Virus record (IMG/VR): IMGVR_UViG_3300020477_000100
Coordinates: 1 to 28,693 of that record
Strand: one strand, 5' to 3'
Source of the DNA: a virus
Taxonomy: Duplodnaviria; Caudoviricetes
Length of the DNA stretch: 28,693 nt
Below the pieces are notes generated by a model. The model saw only the letters and a list, made by a program, of their open reading frames with translations, made no database searches and had not been told where the DNA came from. The translations under genes and the position numbers were made by a program. Of the stretch, positions 1-7,614 are shown one piece after another (position 1 is the stretch's first letter; every line of letters starts with the position of its first letter).

Positions 1-6
1 ATCCGT

Positions 7-1116
7 TTACTTGGTCGCCTTCGCAAGCTGTTTGCCTTTGCGGGCCTTGCCGTCGTCAATCTTGTTCACCGCGTGGGTGATGACCGGTCGCTTGGAACCC
101 CCCTTCTTTGCGCTTGTGGGCCGTTTTGCGGTGGCCTTGGCTTTCTTTGCGACTCCTCGCCCGGTTCCCTTGAGGGCGGACATCAAGCGGCCGTATGGGT
201 TGCAGGCGCAACACTTGATTTCCTGGTTTGCGATGTAAACCATCAGGAAAAGCTGGCCGCACTTCGGGCATCGCTCACCGGCGTCCACGTCCGTGCCGAA
301 TTTGCTTTGGATGGTAGGGAAGGATTTGGCCTTCTTGGCCACCGGGCGGCTGGCCGACGCTCCCTTGATGGGAACGTAGACCAGCTTGCCGCTGATGGAC
401 TTGTGGTTGACCTGGCAGACGCTGTTCTCCGGCATGGAGAAGGTGCTGATGTCGTCGCCCAGGGCAGACTGGAGAATGTCCGCCGTGCTGGCAAACATCA
501 GGATGCCTGCGTCACGGTCACGAGTGATGTTGATTGGGTTGTAGTTCCGCGCCAGGAACACACTGTCCGTCTGGCGAGTGTCCGCCACTGCAATGGCGGC
601 AGGCCCGACCAACTCTGGATACGCCTTCGCGATTACTCCGGTGGTCAAGGGCTTGTCACCGGCCTTGGCCTTGAGCATGGACATGATGGCCGCGCTGTCC
701 ACCTCAGCGGCTTTCGGGTATCTCCGGTCAAGTTCCCGGTGGTTGCGGATGACGCCGTTGTGGACGCCGATGATGGGCGCGTCAACTATCGGGTGGTTGT
801 TGTCGTTGCACTCCGGTGAGCCGGTGGTGGCGGCGCGAGTATGACCGATGATGGCCACGGTGTCCGGCCCGACCTTGGCGTCCAGAGCCTTCCAGAATCC
901 CTGCGCGTCGTCAGCGGCCCAGACCATCTCCTCAGCGGCCACCGGGGCCTTGAGGTAGGAGATGCCGCTGTCACGGTTGACGATGTAGACGCCGGTGGCG
1001 TCGATGCCGCGCACCTGCGACTCCAGAAGCAGGTTGGCGAAGTCGGCCTTGATGTTGACCAGGTCGTCTTCGGTTCGGGTTCGGTTGTCCAGGCACATTC
1101 CAAGTATTCCACACAT
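7..1116 (-). CDS. Class II (Ntn) glutamine amidotransferase with C-terminal Cys cluster and Lys/Ala-rich tail
   Basis: Start re-assigned to ATG at 1116 (AGGAG RBS at 1126-1130), giving N-terminal MCGI with nucleophile Cys2. Ntn motifs GHTRAAT, NNHP, HNGVI, VDS. C-terminal CPKC...CCAC and repeated VAKKAK. Confidence 0.88.
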   Translation of the reverse strand: MCGILGMCLDNRTRTEDDLVNIKADFANLLLESQVRGIDATGVYIVNRDSGISYLKAPVAAEEMVWAADDAQGFWKALDAKVGPDTVAIIGHTRAATTGSPECNDNNHPIVDAPIIGVHNGVIRNHRELDRRYPKAAEVDSAAIMSMLKAKAGDKPLTTGVIAKAYPELVGPAAIAVADTRQTDSVFLARNYNPINITRDRDAGILMFASTADILQSALGDDISTFSMPENSVCQVNHKSISGKLVYVPIKGASASRPVAKKAKSFPTIQSKFGTDVDAGERCPKCGQLFLMVYIANQEIKCCACNPYGRLMSALKGTGRGVAKKAKATAKRPTSAKKGGSKRPVITHAVNKIDDGKARKGKQLAKATK

Positions 1117-1168
1117 GATTTCTTTCTCCTGATTTTGATTTAGTGGTTCGCTGATGGGCCGGTGGCGG

Positions 1169-2299
1169 TTATGCCGCCACCGCGTTGATGGTGAACCGGC
1201 ATCCCCGCCGGTAGTTGGTGCAACCCATGAAAGCCTCACCGGTCTGGCTGTTGGTGCGCTCGACCATGCGGCCTGAGCAAGTGGCGGCGTGGGTCTGTTC
1301 CGGTGTCATGTTGTCGTCAGCGGAGTCGTCCTCGACGGCCCCGCCTCTGAGATTCATGTCCAGGCCGATTTCCAGGGACTGTCCTGCGCGGTTGGTCATC
1401 CCGACGTTGCGCTTGCGGGCCAGGCCACGGAGAGCGTTCATGGTGATGTCGTCATAGTTCTGGCGACCACTGCGGGGGTCGATGCGCTTCCGCATGTTCA
1501 GGTCACGGATGAGAGCGCGTTCCCCGGCAGTCTCTGGGTTACCGGTGTTGACGATGACTTTGTTGGCCTTGCCACGCTTGCCCTTGGCGGACTCAACAAT
1601 CATCTGGGTGAAGACAATCCAATTCCAGATGCGGATGGCGTTGAGGCTGGTCTGGTGCTGGCGGAACTCCACCGTTCCCTGGCGGACGTAGCAACCGAAG
1701 TTGACCTTGTAGTAGCGGTCACGCGCCACGCTGTCGAGGTTGTAACCTTCAAGTCCAAGCCCTCGTAGTAGTGACTCCTTGCCGTCACGGTCATGCGATT
1801 GGGATGTCCACTCACCGTCAAGCTGAACGGTAGTGTTCTCGTAGAAATTGATTCCCTTTTCCATCGTCTGCGCCCAACGAGTGTTCCGGCGGGAGAAGGC
1901 GACCATCTTGTCGATGGTCTGTTCATTGTTCCGATAAATCTCTGCGATGTTGGCCAACTGCTTGGCGGAGAAGTCGTGGACGCCGTGGTGGACGTGGACA
2001 CCGCAGGAAGCATCTGTCTGTGCGCCGATGGCCTTGACTGCCCGCATGGCTGTCTTCAATTGTTCCTTGCCATCTAGGCCGCGAAGGATTGGGCTGACTA
2101 GTTCGTGACCGTTGCGGACGCTGGCGTCGCTGACGACCTTCCAGCCGGAAGTGACTTCGTGGGTGTAGCTCATAGCGGAAGCATCAAGACCAGCGCGGCG
2201 GAGAGCGGCGGCTACGGAAGCCTGGGTGGGTCGGCGATTGCGGCCCCAGGACATTTCTATCTCTACGCCGTAGGTGCGACTGCTGTTGAAGTTAACCAT
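1169..2299 (-). CDS. Putative amidoligase (Amidoligase_2-type COOH-NH2 ligase) with C-terminal topoisomerase-type zinc ribbon
   Basis: Motifs TYGVEIE, WKVVSDASV, ELVSPIL, SCGVHVH, RYYKVN, TVEFRQH. C-terminus HAATCSGRMVERTNSQTGEAFMGCTNYRRGC. AAGGAG RBS at 2308-2313. Confidence 0.85.
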   Translation of the reverse strand: MVNFNSSRTYGVEIEMSWGRNRRPTQASVAAALRRAGLDASAMSYTHEVTSGWKVVSDASVRNGHELVSPILRGLDGKEQLKTAMRAVKAIGAQTDASCGVHVHHGVHDFSAKQLANIAEIYRNNEQTIDKMVAFSRRNTRWAQTMEKGINFYENTTVQLDGEWTSQSHDRDGKESLLRGLGLEGYNLDSVARDRYYKVNFGCYVRQGTVEFRQHQTSLNAIRIWNWIVFTQMIVESAKGKRGKANKVIVNTGNPETAGERALIRDLNMRKRIDPRSGRQNYDDITMNALRGLARKRNVGMTNRAGQSLEIGLDMNLRGGAVEDDSADDNMTPEQTHAATCSGRMVERTNSQTGEAFMGCTNYRRGCRFTINAVAA

Positions 2300-2341
2300 T
2301 GTTGAATCTCCTTATGTCATCGTGTCGTATTGGTCAATACA

Positions 2342-2370
2342 AGAATAGACCTGACACTATGCCACGTCAA
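2342..2370 (-). promoter_or_regulatory. Sigma70-type promoter for the amidoligase/GATase operon
   Basis: Minus strand TTGACG (2365-2370), 17-nt spacer, TATTCT (2342-2347), about 40 nt upstream of the amidoligase ATG. Confidence 0.7.
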
Positions 2371-2550
2371 GGGTGCAAACCATATATATGGAAAGAGATT
2401 CAAAATTGAAATTTGCCCTCAAGCTGGAGTAGGGCGGGCCAGACATATATCCATATGTAGGGATTTTTTTGGCGGAGTCCCTCCAGTGGTAATGGTCACG
2501 TTGTCATATATACTGAGGAGTTGCCTGGACAAATAGTTGAGGAGATAAAA

Positions 2551-2775
2551 ATGGCCGGAGAAAATGAAGACCAAAAGACCGCGCAATTGCTGGCGGAGTT
2601 GCACCAACGCGGCGTTACATATCAGCGGATTGCCAACAACCTGGGGGTCAATTGGCGGACGGTTCATCGGTGGGCCAACGGCGAAAATCAGCCGATTATT
2701 GTTGGCCTAATCAACAAGACGTTGAGCCAGATGCTGGCCGAAGAATTGGCGGAAAATGGGGCGGTTATAGCGTAG
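2551..2775 (+). CDS. XRE/Cro-like helix-turn-helix regulator
   Basis: GAGGAG RBS before ATG 2551. HTH signature TYQRIANNLGVNWRTVHRWANGENQP. 74 aa, divergent from the leftward operon. Confidence 0.8.
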   Translation: MAGENEDQKTAQLLAELHQRGVTYQRIANNLGVNWRTVHRWANGENQPIIVGLINKTLSQMLAEELAENGAVIA

Positions 2776-2830
2776 TAAAAACAGGGCAAAAAGTTAGAAC
2801 AAAAAACATGGTGCAAATTCGCCATGCTCC

Positions 2831-2878
2831 CGTATGATTATATGGTTTACCCCGTTGACCCCCTTAAAACGGCTTTAT
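2831..2878 (-). repeat. Copy A of dispersed promoter-like motif (AGCCGTTTTAAGG...TATAAT)
   Basis: Reverse complement reads AAAGCCGTTTTAAGGGGGTCAA...TATAAT; 18/20 identity to 5708-5727. Confidence 0.6.
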
Positions 2879-2898
2879 ATGGCCATATAGAGGGGGTC
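2857..2898. repeat. Inverted repeat GACCCCCT/AGGGGGTC enclosing the perfect palindrome TATATGGCCATATA
   Basis: Arms at 2857-2864 and 2891-2898; palindrome at 2876-2889. Confidence 0.6.
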
Positions 2899-2977
2899 TC
2901 ATTTTTGCCTTTATCACGATATGTGATACATATATCATGAACCATGATGCTGTGTTCTAAACAGATGTTCTAAAAAG

Positions 2978-3049
2978 TTAACTGTTGAATCAACGTGTTG
3001 ACTGTTGATAATCAACAAATCAACAGTCCTATAGTTAATTAAGTGTTGA
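2978..3049. repeat. Cluster of TGTTGA/TCAACA motifs
   Basis: TGTTGA at 2983, 2996, 3003, 3044; TCAACA at 3012, 3020; TGTTGAT-A-ATCAACA inverted pair at 3003-3017. Confidence 0.65.
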
Positions 3050-3052
3050 TTA

Positions 3053-3415
3053 ATGATGATAAAAAACGATGGCAATAAACATACAAAACCGGGTGGGTCT
3101 AGTAGGCCGGACACTTGCTGTGTCCGTCTGCTTTGGTGGCCGATACCAACTACATCGGCAAACAAGTCATGGGGTAAAGAACCGCCACATTGCCGGGAAG
3201 TTGCGTTGGAAATCTTGGGAGTTTGGTCGCCCCGTGGTGGTCGATTTACTGTCCATGCGGTGCTACCAAAAGAACCGTTGCCGGGGATGAACAGCCCCGC
3301 CAGGTCGTTGTTTATACGAGCCGCCAGGGATACTCTGTCGGCCAAATTGGGGGTTGAGGTGGACGGTCTAAAATCGGATATTGTGGACTGGGAGGGGGCA
3401 GATGGAGTCAGCTAA
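3053..3415 (+). CDS. Hypothetical protein (uncertain)
   Basis: 120-aa ORF filling the gap and overlapping the ParB start; no recognisable motif and no clear RBS. Confidence 0.3.
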   Translation: MMIKNDGNKHTKPGGSSRPDTCCVRLLWWPIPTTSANKSWGKEPPHCREVALEILGVWSPRGGRFTVHAVLPKEPLPGMNSPARSLFIRAARDTLSAKLGVEVDGLKSDIVDWEGADGVS

Positions 3416-3923
3416 TATCAGAGACAGAGTGGTGGAATTGCGGAAAGTTCCTGCAAGTACCATCAGGCCGAATCCCTGGAATTGGCGGTTGCATCCACAG
3501 GCCCAACGTGATGCCTTGGCAGAGGTCGTGGAGGAGATAGGTTTTGCCGGTGCTTTGATTGCCAGGGAAACACCGGAGGGTCTGGAGTTGGTGGACGGGC
3601 ATCTCCGCCAGGATATGTTCGGAGACGAACTGGTGCCGGTGTTGATTGTGGACATGACTGAGGAGGAAGTCCGTCGCCTCTTGGCGACTCTCGACCCGAT
3701 TGGAGCGATGGCCCAGACCGATGTGATTGCCCTGACTGCTTTGCTGGATACGCTGGACGTTAGCGGAGAAGCGACCACCGCCATGCTTGATGATTTGGTT
3801 CGGATTCCAGAGATACCAGAAGAACCGGAACCCCCGTCGGAGTTCCCTGAGTATTCGGACGACCTGGCCACAGATTATTGCTGTCCGGCTTGCGGCCATG
3901 AGTGGTCTGGAAAGGCCAAATGA
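3402..3923 (+). CDS. ParB/Srx N-terminal-domain protein with C-terminal zinc ribbon
   Basis: PNPWNWRLH, IGF...LIAR, LVDGHLR motifs; C-terminal CPACGHEW; GGAGG RBS before ATG 3402. Confidence 0.82.
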   Translation: MESANIRDRVVELRKVPASTIRPNPWNWRLHPQAQRDALAEVVEEIGFAGALIARETPEGLELVDGHLRQDMFGDELVPVLIVDMTEEEVRRLLATLDPIGAMAQTDVIALTALLDTLDVSGEATTAMLDDLVRIPEIPEEPEPPSEFPEYSDDLATDYCCPACGHEWSGKAK

Positions 3924-4912
3924 CCGATAAACCTAGGTATGTCGTGCCGTCGATGGCAGACATTGCGGCATTGCCCTGGAACGGCCTGAACGTCGTCAGT
4001 ACATTCTCTGGATGCGGCGGCACCTGCCTGGGATACAAGATGGCGGGCTATCGAGTATTGTGGGCCAACGAGTTTGTGTCAGCGGCCAGGCAGGTCTATA
4101 GGCTTAATCATCCTGACACCATTTTGAACGACCAGGACATCCGTACAGTTGCGGCAGAGCAAGTCCTAAAGGCCACCGGCATGAAGGTGGGCCAGATAGA
4201 TGTTCTGGAAGGCTCACCGCCATGCGCGTCCTTTTCCTCCGGTGGTGTTTTAGAGGTTGGCTGGGGGGAGGTGCGGAAATATTCCGACACGGCCCAGAGA
4301 ACGGACGATTTATTCTGGGAATTTGCCAGGCTTGTCCAGGGCATCCAGCCGAAGGTCTTTGTGGCGGAAAATGTCGCAGGGCTGGTGAGGGGCGTTTCCA
4401 AAGGGTACTTCAAGCAGATATATAAAGTGCTGGCAGATTGCGGTTATCGAGTCGAGGCCCGCCTGTTAGATGCCGCTTGGCTTGGAGTGCCGCAGAGCCG
4501 GAAAAGAGTTTTCATCCAGGGCGTCCGGCAAGACCTGGGCATTGCCCCATCATTCCCAAAGCCCTGGCCGTATACATACACCGTGGCGGAGGTTCTCCCA
4601 CATATCCATTCTGTGGAATTGGCAAATGGAGGCCCGCGTCAGAACCATGAATACCGGCCCACCAATCGTCCAGCTTATACAGTCCAGCAGTACCGTCCGA
4701 TTGGTGTTCGGCTGGTGGATGACCCGAAAGCCCACCGAAGGATGACTATCAGCGAATTGAAGCCCTTGTGTGGATTTCCTGATGACTTCAAGATGGCAGG
4801 CACGTTCAACAGGCAATGGGAGCGTCTGGGTCGGGCGGTTCCTCCGCTCATGGCCCTACGCATTGCAGAAGTAATACGAGACACGTTGAGGGGGGCAGAT
4901 GATTACCAATAG
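3920..4912 (+). CDS. C5-cytosine DNA methyltransferase-fold enzyme, probable carboxymethyltransferase
   Basis: Motif I FSGCGG, IV GSPPC, VI ENV, VIII QSRKR, IX RRMTISE. Motif X reads GRAVPP rather than GNAVPP. ATG 3920 overlaps the ParB stop (ATGA). Confidence 0.92.
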   Translation: MTDKPRYVVPSMADIAALPWNGLNVVSTFSGCGGTCLGYKMAGYRVLWANEFVSAARQVYRLNHPDTILNDQDIRTVAAEQVLKATGMKVGQIDVLEGSPPCASFSSGGVLEVGWGEVRKYSDTAQRTDDLFWEFARLVQGIQPKVFVAENVAGLVRGVSKGYFKQIYKVLADCGYRVEARLLDAAWLGVPQSRKRVFIQGVRQDLGIAPSFPKPWPYTYTVAEVLPHIHSVELANGGPRQNHEYRPTNRPAYTVQQYRPIGVRLVDDPKAHRRMTISELKPLCGFPDDFKMAGTFNRQWERLGRAVPPLMALRIAEVIRDTLRGADDYQ

Positions 4913-5648
4913 AGATGATGGATACACAGCCGACCGTTGGGCCTTTGATGATGAGGTCACAAGGGTATTTGATGACATGCTGGAACGCTCGATACCTCAG
5001 TATCAGGCGATGCGCGACCTGGTGACAAACTTGGGCGGGCAGTTCCTTCCCACGAAGGAGCGTGGCATGGTTGTTGACCTTGGGACGAGCCGTGGCGACC
5101 AGATAGCCCATTTCATCGAGGAAGACCAACGGCTGGGCCGGAATATCTTTTACTGGGGCTGGGAGATAAGTCCGCCGATGGTAGAGGCGGCACAGCGGCG
5201 TTTTGACGGCATGGAGGAGAACGTCTGCATCCTGGAAGCAGACTTACGGAAAGGCTTGAAAGACGCCAGTGGAAGCACATATAGCTGGGGCGGCATGTGC
5301 CTGGTGACAGCAGTGCTAACGATGATGTTTATACCGGCAGAACACCGCCAGCGATTAATGCAGGAGATATACGATGCGCTCCTCCCCGGTGGCGCATATA
5401 TCATGGTTGAGAAAATCCTGGGGGCCGGTGCCACAATTGACGAGGCAATGGTTGCCGAATACTACAAGCACAAAGCCCGCACAGGCTACGACGAAGACGC
5501 CATCCAACGGAAACGGTTTGCCCTGGAGGGCGTTCTTGTGCCGTCCACGGCCTCCACTCACATGGAGGATTTGCGGGCAGTTGGGTTCACGAAAATCGAC
5601 TGTTTTTGGCGGTGGATGAACTTTGCAGGTTTCATTGCGGTCAAATAG
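4899..5648 (+). CDS. cmoA: Carboxy-S-adenosyl-L-methionine synthase (CmoA-like)
   Basis: WAFDDEVTRVFDDMLERSIPQY, DLGTSRG, SPPMVE, LLPGGAYIMVEK, KARTGYDEDAIQRKRFALEGVL and NFAGFIAVK match the CmoA pattern ([44 protein letters not shown]). Confidence 0.88.
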   Translation: MITNRDDGYTADRWAFDDEVTRVFDDMLERSIPQYQAMRDLVTNLGGQFLPTKERGMVVDLGTSRGDQIAHFIEEDQRLGRNIFYWGWEISPPMVEAAQRRFDGMEENVCILEADLRKGLKDASGSTYSWGGMCLVTAVLTMMFIPAEHRQRLMQEIYDALLPGGAYIMVEKILGAGATIDEAMVAEYYKHKARTGYDEDAIQRKRFALEGVLVPSTASTHMEDLRAVGFTKIDCFWRWMNFAGFIAVK

Positions 5649-5658
5649 CATCAAGCGT

Positions 5659-5694
5659 AAATCAACAGCGTCAACGTGTTAAATCAACAGTTAA
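5659..5694. repeat. Second TCAACA/TGTT cluster
   Basis: AAATCAACAG at 5659 and 5681; TCAACGTGTT at 5671 identical to 2990-2999. Confidence 0.6.
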
Positions 5695-5700
5695 TGCCTT

Positions 5701-5750
5701 GCATGAGAGCCGATTTAAGGGGGTTAAAATTTCAAAAAGGTATATTGGGT
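5701..5750 (+). promoter_or_regulatory. Copy B of dispersed promoter-like motif
   Basis: 37/50 ungapped identity to 8921-8970; TATATT lies 29 nt after AGCC. Confidence 0.6.
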
Positions 5751-5791
5751 CGGTTAATGTCTGAAATTGAATAGCGTGGTAGTGTGGCGAT

Positions 5792-6106
5792 ATGGCAGAG
5801 GAAGACGACATCCAAAACCAGTTAAAAGAAGCGCAGGAGGAATTAGCTCGATTACAGGCACTGAGTAAAGAATCAGACAAGTCAAACAGGGTGCAGATGA
5901 CCTCTGGGGACATAGTCAAATTGATTGTGGCCTGCCCTGTTGTGTTCACCTGGTTGTTTCTAGGGAGTCGCATCATCATCTCAGCGACCACCAGTCAGCA
6001 CGTTTTGGATAACGTCGAACCACTGCTCACAGTGTTGTCCATACTGACCATCCCAGTCACCGGGATTTTACAAAATCTATTCTCTGTATCGGGGGATAAG
6101 AAATGA
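5792..6106 (+). CDS. Small two-TM membrane protein (holin-like candidate)
   Basis: Acidic N-terminus followed by two hydrophobic segments; ATGA overlap with the next gene. Confidence 0.6.
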   Translation: MAEEDDIQNQLKEAQEELARLQALSKESDKSNRVQMTSGDIVKLIVACPVVFTWLFLGSRIIISATTSQHVLDNVEPLLTVLSILTIPVTGILQNLFSVSGDKK

Positions 6107-6984
6107 GCCTTTTTGAAAAACTGGCGGCTTTAATTGGCAACCGGCAAGTGCCAAGTTTGGCGGTGCCGTCATTGCCAAGATACCGCATCTCGTTTGCCAA
6201 TAGCGCGGTGGTCAAAATCGTGGTTTTTGCCATTGTTCTCAGCGGGCTGGCTGTTGCCATTGGGATGTATTTCGCAGTCAAGGATGTAGTCTCATCCACG
6301 TACAACTGGCCTGAACCGGCAACCTATCACGTCACGGCGGATGGCCTGCAAACAATGGGCGAGAAAAATCCCAACATGGAGGACGGCACCGAAAGCCAGA
6401 CCCTTTCTATCCGGCTGGCGGACGGAGCCAGGATTTCCACGCTCCGCATCAAGGACACAGATGTAGGGCGCACTGGCATTGCCAGGTCGCTCGATATTTC
6501 TCCCTATACCTCCGCAGTGACCGGGACGCAGGCATATCTCTGGGTCGGAAATATGACGGTCACAAATTCCAGCTTTCCGACTTTGGCCTGGCAGAACTCT
6601 GAGGTTGGGACTCTGACCACAGGGATGCTTTGCGACGGCCACACGATGTCGGCCACTGTGTCCAACACGGTCAGCGACCTGGAATTGTCATCAGAGCGGC
6701 AGTCGTCGGTCTATGAGGTGGATGGCTCCGTCGTTGACAGGGTGCAATTGCATATCACCGGGAATACGGGTGCATATGTCCAAAATCTCGTCATTGACAA
6801 CCTCGACGCTTGGAGCGGCCAGGCTTTCTTCGACAGGATGAAAATCGGCACCGTCACGATTGACAACAGCAACAGGATAGGCGACGGCAGTGGGGTGGAC
6901 TCCGCCAGTTGCGTGATAAATCCCTCCGTCTCCGCCAGAGTCATCAATAACACGATGCAAGACCGCCCCATCACCGTCCGATAG
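6103..6984 (+). CDS. Membrane-anchored beta-rich hypothetical protein
   Basis: One TM segment (IVVFAIVLSGLAVAIGMYFAV) followed by a Ser/Thr/Asn-rich domain with strand-like periodicity. Confidence 0.7.
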   Translation: MSLFEKLAALIGNRQVPSLAVPSLPRYRISFANSAVVKIVVFAIVLSGLAVAIGMYFAVKDVVSSTYNWPEPATYHVTADGLQTMGEKNPNMEDGTESQTLSIRLADGARISTLRIKDTDVGRTGIARSLDISPYTSAVTGTQAYLWVGNMTVTNSSFPTLAWQNSEVGTLTTGMLCDGHTMSATVSNTVSDLELSSERQSSVYEVDGSVVDRVQLHITGNTGAYVQNLVIDNLDAWSGQAFFDRMKIGTVTIDNSNRIGDGSGVDSASCVINPSVSARVINNTMQDRPITVR

Positions 6985-7101
6985 TGTGGCAGTGGCGGAT
7001 TCGTCGGTGGAAGTGCCGCTTAGGTTGGCACGACCTACACAGTTGCAGATGCGGCAGGGCTTTGATGTGCCGTTGGTGCAGATACGCCAGGAGAGCATGA
7101 G

Positions 7102-7614
7102 ATGCCGGAATCTAAATATTCGCCCAGAAGAATCGAGGCCGTCGATAAGCAACGCCAGGCGGTGGAGTTGCGGATGGCTGGAAGGACTTGGCAAGAGATT
7201 GCTGATGCCCTTGGATATGCCAATCACACCGGCGCGGTTGAGGCTGTAAAGACCTCATTACAGAAGACTCTTGGCGTACCTTCGGCGGAGTTCAGGGAAT
7301 TGACACTAGAGCGATTGACAAAGATTCTCCAGGTTCAATGGCCGAATATGCTCCGTGGCGAGGTGTCAGCGGCAAAGCTCTGCTTACAGACGATTGGCGA
7401 CATGCGGCAACTCATGGGGGTGGATATGCCGTCCAGGGTTGAGCATAGCGGGCCAGCAGGCAATCCAATCCAGCATGAGGTGGTGACCTTAGACCTTGGC
7501 GACGTTACCGAAGCCCTCACAACCCTTCAAAATGCTGGGGCAATCAGGATGGAGTCAAATGGACACACTCCGATTGCCCTGGACGGTATACATACCGCAC
7601 AGGCCGACAGCTAA
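7102..7614 (+). CDS. terS: Terminase small subunit
   Basis: HTH AVELRMAGRTWQEIADALGY; VEHSGPAGNPI motif; directly upstream of TerL; AGGAG RBS. Confidence 0.8.
   Translation: MPESKYSPRRIEAVDKQRQAVELRMAGRTWQEIADALGYANHTGAVEAVKTSLQKTLGVPSAEFRELTLERLTKILQVQWPNMLRGEVSAAKLCLQTIGDMRQLMGVDMPSRVEHSGPAGNPIQHEVVTLDLGDVTEALTTLQNAGAIRMESNGHTPIALDGIHTAQADS

Noticed and set aside
1117-1239. N-terminal 41 codons of the 410-aa ORF
   Set aside because: They overlap the amidoligase gene; Ntn enzymes need Cys at position 2 and the RBS supports ATG 1116.
73-2305. Plus-strand ORFs opposite the GATase and amidoligase
   Set aside because: Antisense shadows of GC-rich genes, with no motifs or RBS.
2978-3049. CRISPR array or definite replication origin
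   Set aside because: Repeats are 6-11 bp in mixed orientation without spacers, and no initiator gene is adjacent; kept only as a binding-site cluster.
4899-5648. CmoA as a tRNA-modification auxiliary gene
   Set aside because: No cmoB or tRNA genes in the window; coupling to an Arg-variant DNA C5 transferase is the simpler explanation.
7496-7614. TerS-TerL frameshift fusion
   Set aside because: The overlap is explained by an internal ATG with GGAG; no convincing slippery site.
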